Notes under the pieces: model-generated | Told to the model about the DNA's origin: nothing | Seen by the model: only the letters and a program-made list of their open reading frames with translations | Database searches by the model: none | Source: Eledone cirrhosa | Lineage: Eukaryota | DNA length: 64,000 nt | Reading direction: 5' to 3' | Assembly: GCA_964016885.1 (NCBI GenBank) | Contig: OZ024741.1 | Location: forward strand, 205,468,001 to 205,532,000 | In this document: piece by piece, positions 51,105 to 64,000 of the stretch | How the letters are laid out: every line of letters starts with the position of its first letter | Numbering within the stretch: the first letter of the stretch is position 1 | Position numbers and translations under genes: made by a program

Positions 51105-51898
51105 CACCCATGTTCATATTTTGAGATGCATTATTCTCAAATCAGATTATTATCTCTGACAGGAAGAAGCAGTTTATAATTTTTAAGAAAAATTAAGCAT
51201 ACAGACATATTTTAGGAAACTTATGAATTCCTGTACACACACACACACACACACAAACACTTACACAGATACACACAGACACACGCACAGACAGACACAC
51301 ACGCATACAGACACATACGCTAACACACACATACCATACACACACTCATACATACGCACATATGCACACACGCTAACACACACATACACACTTAAACCTA
51401 TATATATGTATATATATAGAGAGACACACATAATATAGATATATAATATATATATATATTATATATACACACACACACATAACACACACCCATATATAAA
51501 ACACACACACACACACACACATACACACACATATAACACACACACACATATAACACACACACACACACATATAATACACACACACATATAACACACACAC
51601 ACACACGCATACACACACACACATATATATATATATATTATATGCTCAGCCCCAGTGAGTTGGTTAAAACACCAAAAGCCAGTCTTAAAGTTGTCGTCTG
51701 TAAAACAAAGAACTCGTTTTTTTTTGGCTAGATCTCCATGGTAACCACTCCAAGGTCGCGCGTGCCATGGTGGGAACGCAGGTGTCACGTGCTGGCCTAG
51801 AACGCTGGTTGTTGGAATCAGTGGTCGACGACATAACATATATTATATGTGTGTGGAATAGTATAAATATTTCTTCGTATTTACTAACATATATATAT

Positions 51899-52855
51899 AC
51901 TAGACATGAAAAATGCGCAAGCTCAAAAGTGCCACAGAATGTTATAATAAACCTTCAAAAGTGTGGGACTAGAGTTGTTGCTAAAAAATATTGTAATCAT
52001 TATATATCGTACATTCTGTGGCATCCTTTATAAAAATAGCTTAAACCAACGAAGCCTTTATTTTTACGCTATTTCACTTAGTTAATTCTTAGAGTGTAAC
52101 ATATAAAAATATGATTTACAACTATAAAATAAATTAATTAATATAATAACAGAGCTGCGGAGCTGAAATTTAGGAAATAATGGAGTATCGGATCCTGAGT
52201 TGGAGCCAGTCAATTTTTGACCGACTCTGCAGCCCTGTATAATACATTTCATATTAAAGTTATTAATAAACCTATTTTACACTTCATGCAAATTACCACG
52301 AGATATTGATATTAGATATAAGATACAGCGCAATATCTACAGCTGTAAAAGTACGAAAGCGAAGTAATAATAAGTGGCTTAAGGTAATTCCAATATGAAA
52401 GTTTGTAGTGATAAAAATTTGATAATGCAATACGATTGTTAATATTATAGTTCTATGAAAATGTAACAATAGATAACTAAATTATTTTACTATTAGTATA
52501 TTTAAGAAATTATCATTATAGATTTGATCGTTCATATAAGCATCATATTAAGTTTCAACACAATTATTTTGTTACTATGAGTATATGATAATAATATTAC
52601 GTAATTATTTATAGCTGTTATTACATTAAACATAGATGTATTTATTTTTATATGTTACACTCTAAGAATTAACTAAGTGAAATAGCGTAAAAATAAAGGC
52701 TTCGTTGGTTTAAGCTATTTTTATAAAGGATGCCACAGAATGTACGATATATAATGATTACAATATTTTTTAGCAACAACTCTAGTCCCACACTTTTGAA
52801 GGTTTATTATAACATTCTGTGGCACTTTTGAGCTTGCGCATTTTTCATGTCTAGT
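51899..52855. repeat. 213 bp perfect inverted repeats ending in ACTAG/CTAGT; copy at 56469-57425
   Basis: 51899-52111 is the reverse complement of 52643-52855. Confidence 0.9.
52150..52237. mobile_element. 88 bp hAT-like MITE; copy at 56720-56807
   Basis: CAGAGCTGCGGAG...CTCTGCAGCCCTG with near-perfect 8 bp TSD TATAATAA/TATAATAC. Confidence 0.7.
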
Positions 52856-53969
52856 TTAATATTTTTTTAAGGCAACGCTTGTAATAACTCTAGTTAAACA
52901 GGATATATATTAATAATAAATTATCGTTGTAATGTAATTAGATTATGTAATTGTTATTATAAATTATCTTATAAATATTAGTGTAAGATGTATAAAAATA
53001 TTTTCAGACTTTTAATATAAACAACTACAAAAAACAATCAATATTAAATCAATATATTATACATAATAGAAAACATAAAATATACAATACAAAAACAAAA
53101 TATTTACATACATTTGCAATTATCAGTGTATATACATTTTCTTTATATTCCCTGAGCAAATTAATAAGATTTGTTTTTATTGTACATAATTTGATGACTT
53201 GTTGGAGTGTATTAAAAGATAGCAACAATTTGTGATTAAATTGTTATCTTAAGCAACTCACTTTTTAATAGTTGTTGGCTGAGCGAAATTGTAAAAGCCT
53301 ATGAGCAAATATAAAAAAAAATACACAAACAACATTTCCTTGTGTTATTACAACATTAGATAAAATAATTGAGCAATGTCGTTATATTTTGCTCTTATTG
53401 CACATTAATAGTGTTTCTATTTTTCGGCACAAATCCATTACGGCAGTCCATTACTGGTACTTTATTTTATCGAATTAGTAAGTATGAAAGTCGAAGTTAA
53501 CCTCGGCAGGATTTGAACTTAGAATGCAAAGGACCATAACAATACTGCAAAGCATGGTGTCTGACGCTCTACCAATACTTGTGTTGAGCTGGTCATTAAT
53601 TTATGGTGGTCGTGCGTGAAGTAGAGCAATCGCTAGTTGAAATATTATGAACAAAACATTTTTATTTGCCGAAGAACATATTTTCAATACTGTTTGTGAA
53701 TGTGACGAAGGAAATACATTCTGATATGGAACAGTGTACAAAGTGTGTCTGTGAATAACATAATGTTACCTCATGTTGTTGTCAAGACATAATGGATTTC
53801 GTTTATCCAGTTAGAAGATGAAACCTAGCCATCTCGGATTAGTTATATTTCATGCCATGTGTAAACGTGTTTGAGGATAGCAAAATATGCGCGTTAATTA
53901 TAATAATTAGTTAATAATATTACAAAATATACCTAATTAAACTCTTTGCTTGAAATTTTATCATTCTTC

Positions 53970-54064
<95 letters not shown>

Positions 54065-54288
54065 TCTAGTCCTTCGCTCAAGATTAATCTATAAGTTTAG
54101 ATGTTTGCCTTCGTTTAAGTAAATATTACAGTAAGATTTTTAATATAAACAACTGCAAAAAACAATTAATATTAAAACGAAAAAATTATCAATGATAAAA
54201 GAAGCGGATGCAACTTTTTTTTTTATAAAGTTATATTCCTGTTTCTTTAAAGAACATTTCATTTTTGTTCTATTGTAGGCGAAATAAT

Positions 54289-54474
54289 TGTTTCTACTTT
54301 AGGCACAAGGCCAGCAAATTACCCAGTACATTACTGGTACTTTATTTTATCGACCCCGTAAGGATGAAAGGCAAAGTTAACCTCGGCGGGATTTGAACTC
54401 AGACTGTAAAGGGACGTAACTATGCTAGAAAGCATGGCGTCCAACCCTCTACCGATACTGCCAATTCACCGCCC
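54289..54474 (-). mobile_element. Full-length SINE family A with 15 bp TSD; duplicate at 58879-59064
   Basis: TGTAGGCGAAATAAT at 54274-54288 and 54475-54489. Confidence 0.9.
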
Positions 54475-55696
54475 TGTAGGCGAAATAATGCAATGGTTTA
54501 ATAGGGAAGATATAACTTACGAATTATGTCTCTAACCGTGTAACGCTTTTTAAGTAGATAACTACAATTGAAAATACTAAAGAAATGGAACCAACAATTC
54601 AATTTGAAAGTCGTCTAGTGACAGTGTATTACTGGTACTTTATTTTATCGACCCCGTAACGATGAAAGGCAAAAATGCAAATGCTTAAAATTTAAATTGC
54701 CTTAATTCTATCGTCTGCTGTTTCATTAAAGGGAGATTATCGTCTGTATTTAATTCTATCGTCTACTGTTCCACTAAACAGATATACCTCCACTATCGTC
54801 TCTATTTATACATTTTAACTTATAACTTATACACATTTGATTTGAAATATTTTATCTAGTCCCCCCTCTCAATATTATGATGATTTCTTTCGAATGAAAC
54901 AGTTCTAGTCCTGTAGAAGCCATTTATATATATAATTGAACTGAGTTAAAAATTCACAATATTTATAATTAAATAAGCTCATATATATATGTGTGTATTT
55001 ATCTGTTTATTGTATTATATATAATGTGTGTATATACAGGATGTCCCCCAAAAATATATACACACTTCAACAGCATTCTAATAACTATTGCCTGTACAGG
55101 TAATCAAAGTGTCAATCGAATGTTAGTTTCGTGTTTTAACAGTACAAATTTACAATACACACATAAAACCAGTGTATATACATGAGTGTGTATACACATA
55201 CATGAATGTGTATATACAATATATATGTATATATATATATAGACACATGTATTCACGGTGCAACGGTACATTAAAATATAGATGCGGGAGAGGGGGTGTA
55301 TATATAGGGGCGCTGGGGATAAAGGAGTGTAAAGCGTGTGTAATTGATATATTGAAGGAGAGGAGCGTGCAGCGATAGAGTAACAAATATATAGAGAGGG
55401 GGAGAGATGGTATTGAAGGGGAGGAGTGCAAAGCGAAAGAGTAAGAGATATAAATAGAGACGGAACAGATAGAGAGAAACAGGCGTAAGTAACAGTGGAA
55501 GAGATATAGAGAGAGGTACTCTGATTGGTTGAAAATTAGCCAATGACATACGATCACCACCACGGCTATCCCCGAAAATTTTTTAAAGAAGCTAGGCATA
55601 TATGTTAGAACACGAAAAGTGAACATTCTGTGTTTCACACTTTTCGTGTTCTAACAGATATTCCTGGTGATTTCTCAAGAATGAAACAGTTCTAGT

Positions 55697-55913
55697 CTAT
55701 ATATATATTACACACACAGAAATGTATATATATTTATGTGTGTGTATATATATATATATATATATTACACACACAGAAATGTATATATATTTCTGTGTGT
55801 ATATATATATATTACACACACAGAAATGTATATATATTTCTGTGTGTATATATATATATTTCTGTGTGTGTATATATATATATATTACACACACAGAAAT
55901 GTATATATATTTC
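55697..55913. repeat. TA/CA-rich minisatellite
   Basis: TATATTACACACACAGAAATGTATATATATTTCTGTGTG repeated ~4 times. Confidence 0.8.
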
Positions 55914-58539
55914 TTAGAACAAAATTATTATTAATGTTTTGCTGTTCATAACAATTGGAATTGAAAAATTACTTTTGAAATTATTAGTTATTTTACTAAT
56001 GCTTAGATATGTAAAAATGAAGCAATGTTTCTAATAATTGTTTCTACTTTTGGCACAAGGCCAGCAATTAACCAGTACATTACTGGTACTTTATTTTATC
56101 AACCCCGAAAGGCAAAGTTAACCTCGGCGGTATTTGAACTCAGACTGTAAAGGGACGTAACTCCATGCCATGAAGCATGGTGTCCGACTCTCTACAAATT
56201 CTGCCAATCCACCGCCCTAATGTCTGTACGTAATGAGGGAGTGAGAGGGGAGAGATAGAAAGGCAGAGGTGAAGTGACAAAGTGACTCCTCCTCCATCTC
56301 CCCATTCGTCACAGCGATAGAGGGGAGGAATGTTAGTGTGTTACAAAGAGAAAGAGTGAGAGAAACAGACAGACTAAAAGAGAGGGATAGCTGGAGAGAG
56401 AGAGATAACAACCACGCGCGCACGTGTTTCCACTGTCGGACAGACAGAGAAATTGCTGGTTATATATTACTAGACATGAAAAATGCGCAAGCTCAAAAGT
56501 GCCACAGAATGTTATAATAAACCTTCAAAAGTGTGGGACTAGAGTTGTTGCTAAAAAATATTGTAATCATTATATATCGTACATTCTGTGGCATCCTTTA
56601 TAAAAATAGCTTAAACCAACGAAGCCTTTATTTTTACGCTATTTCACTTAGTTAATTCTTAGAGTGTAACATATAAAAATATGATTTACAACTATAAAAT
56701 AAATTAATTAATATAATAACAGAGCTGCGGAGCTGAAATTTAGGAAATAATGGAGTATCGGATCCTGAGTTGGAGCCAGTCAATTTTTGACCGACTCCGC
56801 AGCCCTGTATAATACATTTCATATTAAAGTTATTAATAAACCTATTTTACACTTCATGCAAATTACCACGAGATATTGATATTAGATATAAGATACAGCG
56901 CAATATCTACAGCTGTAAAAGTACGAAAGCGAAGTAATAATAAGTGGCTTAAGGTAATTCCAATATGAAAGTTTGTAGTGATAAAAATTTGATAATGCAA
57001 TACGATTGTTAATATTATAGTTCTATGAAAATGTAACAATAGATAACTAAATTATTTTACTATTAGTATATTTAAGAAATTATCATTATAGATTTGATCG
57101 TTCATATAAGCATCATATTAAGTTTCAACACAATTATTTTGTTACTATGAGTATATGATAATAATATTACGTAATTATTTATAGCTGTTATTACATTAAA
57201 CATAGATGTATTTATTTTTATATGTTACACTCTAAGAATTAACTAAGTGAAATAGCGTAAAAATAAAGGCTTCGTTGGTTTAAGCTATTTTTATAAAGGA
57301 TGCCACAGAATGTACGATATATAATGATTACAATATTTTTTAGCAACAACTCTAGTCCCACACTTTTGAAGGTTTATTATAACATTCTGTGGCACTTTTG
57401 AGCTTGCGCATTTTTCATGTCTAGTTTAATATTTTTTTAAGGCAACGCTTGTAATAACTCTAGTTAAACAGGATATATATTAATAATAAATTATCGTTGT
57501 AATGTAATTAGATTATGTAATTGTTATTATAAATTATCTTATAAATATTAGTGTAAGATGTATAAAAATATTTTCAGACTTTTAATATAAACAACTACAA
57601 AAAACAATCAATATTAAATCAATATATTATACATAATAGAAAACATAAAATATACAATACAAAAACAAAATATTTACATACAATTGCAATTATCAGTGTA
57701 TATACATTTTCTTTATATTCCCTGAGCAAATTAATAAGATTTGTTTTTATTGTACATAATTTGATGACTTGTTGGAGTGTATTAAAAGATAGCAACAATT
57801 TGTGATTAAATTGTTATCTTAAGCAACTCACTTTTTAATAGTTGTTGGCTGAGCGAAATTGTAAAAGCCTATGAGCAAATATAAAAAAAAATACACAAAC
57901 AACATTTCCTTGTGTTATTACAACATTAGATAAAATAATTGAGCAATGTCGTTATATTTTGCTCTTATTGCACATTAATAGTGTTTCTATTTTTCGGCAC
58001 AAATCCATTACGGCAGTCCATTACTGGTACTTTATTTTATCGAATTAGTAAGTATGAAAGTCGAAGTTAACCTCGGCAGGATTTGAACTTAGAATGCAAA
58101 GGACCATAACAATACTGCAAAGCATGGTGTCTGACGCTCTACCAATACTTGTGTTGAGCTGGTCATTAATTTATGGTGGTCGTGCGTGGAGTAGAGCAAT
58201 CGCTAGTTGAAATATTATGAACAAAACATTTTTATTTGCCGAAGAACATATTTTCAATACTGTTTGTGAATGTGACGAAGGAAATACATTCTGATATGGA
58301 ACAGTGTACAAAGTGTGTCTGTGAATAACATAATGTTACCTCATGTTGTTGTCAAGACATAATGGATTTCGTTTATCCAGTTAGAAGATGAAACCTAGCC
58401 ATCTCGGATTAGTTATATTTCATGCCATGTGTAAACGTGTTTGAGGATAGCAAAATATGCGCGTTAATTATAATAATTAGTTAATAATATTACAAAATAT
58501 ACCTAATTAAACTCTTTGCTTGAAATTTTATCATTCTTC

Positions 58540-58654
<115 letters not shown>

Positions 58655-61324
58655 TCTAGTCCTTCGCTCAAGATTAATCTATAAGTTTAGATGTTTGCCT
58701 TCGTTTAAGTAAATATTACAGTAAGATTTTTAATATAAACAACTGCAAAAAACAATTAATATTAAAACGAAAAAATTATCAATGATAAAAGAAGCGGATG
58801 CAACTTTTTTTTTTATAAAGTTATATTCCTGTTTCTTTAAAGAACATTTCATTTTTGTTCTATTGTAGGCGAAATAATTGTTTCTACTTTAGGCACAAGG
58901 CCAGCAAATTACCCAGTACATTACTGGTACTTTATTTTATCGACCCCGTAAGGATGAAAGGCAAAGTTAACCTCGGCGGGATTTGAACTCAGACTGTAAA
59001 GGGACGTAACTATGCTAGAAAGCATGGCGTCCAACCCTCTACCGATACTGCCAATTCACCGCCCTGTAGGCGAAATAATGCAATGGTTTAATAGGGAAGA
59101 TATAACTTACGAATTATGTCTCTAACCGTGTAACGCTTTTTAAGTAGATAACTACAATTGAAAATACTAAAGAAATGGAACCAACAATTCAATTTGAAAG
59201 TCGTCTAGTGACAGTGTATTACTGGTACTTTATTTTATCGACCCCGTAACGATGAAAGGCAAAAATGCAAATGCTTAAAATTTAAATTGCCTTAATTCTA
59301 TCGTCTGCTGTTTCATTAAAGGGAGATTATCGTCTGTATTTAATTCTATCGTCTACTGTTCCACTAAACAGATATACCTCCACTATCGTCTCTATTTATA
59401 CATTTTAACTTATAACTTATACACATTTGATTTGAAATATTTTATCTAGTCCCCCCTCTCAATATTATGATGATTTCTTTCGAATGAAACAGTTCTAGTC
59501 CTGTAGAAGCCATTTATATATATAATTGAACTGAGTTAAAAATTCACAATATTTATAATTAAATAAGCTCATATATATATGTGTGTATTTATCTGTTTAT
59601 TGTATTATATATAATGTGTGTATATACAGGATGTCCCCCAAAAATATATACACACTTCAACAGCATTCTAATAACTATTGCCTGTACAGGTAATCAAAGT
59701 GTCAATCGAATGTTAGTTTCGTGTTTTAACAGTACAAATTTACAATACACACATAAAACCAGTGTATATACATGAGTGTGTATACACATACATGAATGTG
59801 TATATACAATATATATGTATATATATATATAGACACATGTATTCACGGTGCAACGGTACATTAAAATATAGATGCGGGAGAGGGGGTGTATATATAGGGG
59901 CGCTGGGGATAAAGGAGTGTAAAGCGTGTGTAATTGATATATTGAAGGAGAGGAGCGTGCAGCGATAGAGTAACAAATATATAGAGAGGGGGAGAGATGG
60001 TATTGAAGGGGAGGAGTGCAAAGCGAAAGAGTAAGAGATATAAATAGAGACGGAACAGATAGAGAGAAACAGGCGTAAGTAACAGTGGAAGAGATATAGA
60101 GAGAGGTACTCTGATTGGTTGAAAATTAGCCAATCACATACGATCACCACCACGGCTATCCCCGAAAAATTTTTAAAGAAGCTAGGCATATATGTTAGAA
60201 CACGAAAAGTGAACATTCTGTGTTTCACACTTTTCGTGTTCTAACAGATAAGGAGATAAATGTAACTTACACAAACACACATATACACACACACACAAAC
60301 ACATATAATCATAACAACCAATGTGTGTAGCCAATTCGCTATACATATAGACGTTATCACCCCTTCCTTCCTCAGTCGACGTTATCACTCATTCCTTCCT
60401 CAGTCGACGTTATCACCCCTTCCTTCCTCAGTCATCTCTTGTGACGGACAAATACACAAGGGTATTATATATTAGTAGATAAATTCAAATCAACCATTAT
60501 ACCTACTGGTGTAATGGTTTGCTACCATTGGTAAAAAAAAAATGATATGATGGCTTCTTACGAGGTTTTATCTTATAGGAGGTTTTTTGGGTATTTTAAT
60601 GATAAGGGCCACAGTCTTACCTTGAAAAGCAACGTGAGATGAAGCGTCTTGCTCAAGAGCACAACACATTCTCTGGTCCAGGAATCGAACCCACGACTTA
60701 ACGATCGTGGATCCAAAACTAACAACTAAGCTACGCGTCTTAACTGACCTCTTGTGTGAACTCAGCTGTAGTGCTTCTAGTTGGTAGTCTTGTCATTGGC
60801 TCGTCACAGTTTTGTATGGTGGCGTCTGGGGAAAAGCTGTTTTTGAAATGATCATTTCACAACAGTTCTGCTGCCCATCGTTGTTATATCTGTAGTGACT
60901 ATCATGGCCACGACGACTGCCAGAAATATTGTCGCCATCTTCACTGAGACCTAAATATTTTATCTCTGAGCTATGTTGACTGGCCATGTCACTTTCACCT
61001 TAGCTGCACTTCCGACAACTACCAACAACTACAGTTGATAATCTCTAGGATATTAACGCTCGTTAATATAGAATCAGTCTCAGTCATTAATTCGTTGGAA
61101 AGGTCAGGATGTAGGCACGTCTGTTGACGTCAGTGTGCCAGATGGAGATGAACGGGTGTCGTGGCAATTGTTTAGTCCGAATAGTGATGACATAAACAAC
61201 TCTGTTTATGTCAGATTGTTTAAGAGGTGCGTTTGTTGATAAAAGCAAACTGCAAATTTCATGTTATGGGCACGCTATGAATATAATAACTGCTTCTAAC
61301 ATAGTCTCCACACCATAGAATATA

Positions 61325-61863
61325 ACAACGGTTTCTTATATAGGCACAAGGTCGATTAAATCGACCCCAGTGCGTGACTGGTACTTTATTTTCATCCGTA
61401 AGGATGAAAGGCAAAGCTAAGTTCGGCGGGATTCGAACTCAGTTCATAAAGGGCCGTAACTCTATGCTGAAAAGCATGGAGTCCGCCTTTCTACCGATAC
61501 TGCCAATCCACCACCCTACATACACAATTGTATTTTCTGCAATTCGATATTGTTTACAAACATAGCGACGGCCACCTCGGCAGAACAATGGCTGACATCT
61601 TCTGGCTAATCGTCACTTTTCACCATTCTAATAAAGGTTTCTGATATAGGCACAAGGACATCAACATTTCTTTTTGGGGGAGGGGTCGATTTAATCGACC
61701 CCAGTACATTACTGATACTTTATTTTATCGACGCCGTAAGGATGAAAGGCAAAGCTAACCTCGGCGGGATTTCAACTCAGAACGTAAAGGGTCATAACTC
61801 TATGCTGCGAAGTATTTAGTCCGACGCTCCACTGATACTGCCAATCCATTGCCCTCACCATTC

Positions 61864-61900
<37 letters not shown>

Positions 61901-62170
61901 TTCTACTATGAGCACAAGGCGAGAAATTTGGAGGAAGGGGAAAGTCAATTAAATCGACCCCAGTACATTGCAGGTACTTTATTTTATCGACACCGTAAGG
62001 ATGAAAGGCAAAGAAAACTTTTGCGCGATATGAACTCAGAACGTAAAGAGCCGTAACTCTATGCTGCAAAGCCTATATCCGACACTACCGACGCTGCTAA
62101 TCCACCACCCTTAATAATAATTGTTTCTACTTTCGGCATAAGGCCAGCAATTTAGAGGGGGGTGGGGGAA
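61325..62170 (-). mobile_element. Head-to-tail array of 3-4 SINE family A copies
   Basis: Copies at ~61325-61516, 61630-61855, 61865-62112, and a partial at 62113-62170; (AAT)n tails. Confidence 0.8.
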
Positions 62171-62174
62171 TAAT

Positions 62175-62772
62175 AATAAGGATCTTTTTATTAACCACAG
62201 AGGGTCCACATCAAGAAAAAAACATTATGACAGTACAGGACGAGAGTATAGTGGTGGGGGTGGGTGCGTGTAAACAAATTTCAACAAAGTTAAAAAAAAG
62301 ATAATAAAATTAAACCCAAGAAGGTTCATCAATAGAGAGACGTTCGAGGGTCATTCGTGGAAAAACCCCACAGATGCTCTGATCTTTAGGGTAAGTGCCC
62401 TGTCCCAGTTGTACTCCTCCAATCTACAGTCTTACACTCAAGAGAGGGCACATTCACTCGGGCCACGCTCTCTTCTCTCATCCACCTTTCAACAAATTGC
62501 TTTGAAGGCAGCTCTTCTCTCTCTACCCTTATTTCCCTGCTCAAGTGGAATCTGAGGAAGTTAATCAGGGCTTCTCCAAAGAGGAAAGTGATCATCTTCA
62601 AACCTTTCAAGCGTGTCCACCATACAACCGCTTTCGCCTTGGCCACATGACATATAAAAACGGCCTGCCCTTCTTGACTAAAAAAAGGCGGCGGGACAAT
62701 CTTCCCAATGGACTCGGTTGATAACTGAATTTGTCCTACACGTGACAGCAGGTGTTCGACATAAACCCACAA
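62175..62772 (-). mobile_element. L1/Tx1-clade LINE 3' fragment
   Basis: AKAVVWWTRLKGLK...LINFLRFHL, homologous to 11964-12310. Confidence 0.8.
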
Positions 62773-62811
62773 GACAGCAATGTTCGGACACTGGACGATT
62801 ACGTGCAGGAC

Positions 62812-64000
62812 AGTTTATTATTGGCCACAAGGGCCGAGCATAGAGGACAATACAAAAACGGAGACAGTGGGTGTTTACAATAATATCGAGTAAAAAAATT
62901 AACAGAACAATTAACAAAAAAATATCAATAACAGAATTCCCCAATGATGGGGCGGGGACACACACACACACACACAAGGGTGATGTCAGGAACCCCACAA
63001 ATCCCAACCCACCCTCATCTCCAAAAAGGAAAGTGTCTGTCTCCAGACCTTTCAGTCGTGTCCACTACACAACCTCTTTCATTACAGCTATCAGACAGAG
63101 GAAAAATGCCTGCTCTTCCCGGCTAAAAGAAGGTGGCGGGGCGATCTTCACTATGGACTCGATAGACGGATCTATCCCACACGCGATAACAGCTGTTCGA
63201 TATAACTCCATAAATCAACAATATACGGGCACTGGGCGAGTGCGTGCAAAAAGGTTTTGTCGCTCTGCGAGGATCTAGAGTTTATCTCGAATCGGAAGGG
63301 CTCCCCGGTAGCACTGCCTAGCCAGGGATTTCTGGAAATTGTCCATAATCTCCGGCTCGAAAGTTCTCCGGAAAAGATTGGCTAGTTCGTTCTCGCCGAC
63401 GCCTAGAATCTCTCTGTGAGCGTTGTCGCACTTACACACCAATAATCCTCTATAGAACTCGAGAGTGGAAGTTCCAAGTAGAGGGCAGTGGGCGCTTGGC
63501 AACATTCCAGATACCAAGCGCCCAGTATCGGTCTCTTTTTGACCCAGGACTACAGTTCAGTCAAAGAGGCGAGCTGCGGAAAGGCATGTCTCACAATCGA
63601 CGACCACACCTGTTCATCGTTTAGGAAGAATATCTGGAGATGTTGCAACCTCAGCCCATGTTTGAGCATCATTAGCCTACGGCATGCCCAGCCCTCCACC
63701 TAGTGAGTGCTAGCAACATATGGAACGCCTCACCAACGGAACTTGTTCCTTCAAAAAGAAGTTGAAAAGGAGCCGTTCCAATTTGGCGAGGTGCGAACGA
63801 GAGCAAGACACGCCGGCCAGGCGGTAGTAGATGACGGACACGATGTACGCGTTCGCCACCTCCGTCCACCTTTCAGGGACAGCTTCCTCTCGGCTCATTT
63901 CTGGGTGAGAATGGCTACCCGGATCGTAATCTCGTCCTAATTCTTATCCACCTGGAGGTCAGGTCTGAATGAAAACCCAAGCAACTTTATCGGTCCACCC
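62812..64000 (-). mobile_element. L1/Tx1-clade LINE copy, decayed, continuing past the window
   Basis: Collinear with 11690-13140 (QVPLVRRSICC, TSTLEFYRGL, QCYRGALP); same 3' end GGCCCTTGTGGC...AATAAA. Confidence 0.85.

Noticed and set aside
51223-51839. YIYI/CVCV/THTH ORFs here and throughout the window
   Set aside because: They are translations of dinucleotide microsatellites

Overview
AT-rich, microsatellite-dense eukaryotic DNA made almost entirely of transposable elements, with no recognisable host gene. The SINE/LINE/Penelope repertoire suggests a cephalopod (Octopus-like) genome; this is an inference. The window holds a decayed Ty3/Gypsy LTR element (1-5179), L1/Tx1-type and RTE LINE fragments, and many tRNA-derived SINEs. 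It also holds hAT and Tc1/pogo MITEs, several non-autonomous Helitrons, and a ~4.6 kb tandem duplication bounded by Helitron-like termini. The most striking component is a dense set of Penelope-like elements (PLEs; RT + GIY-YIG, four Naiad-like and one Penelope/Poseidon-like), mostly embedded in (TA)n tracts. They carry long inverted pseudo-LTRs and hammerhead-ribozyme (HHR) motifs. Alongside them are small non-coding derivatives: fold-back hairpins centred on the HHR, solo HHR units and terminally redundant retrozyme-like units. Many of these share a TTGAGCAC-like tail motif. Coordinates were read by eye and can be off by some bases.
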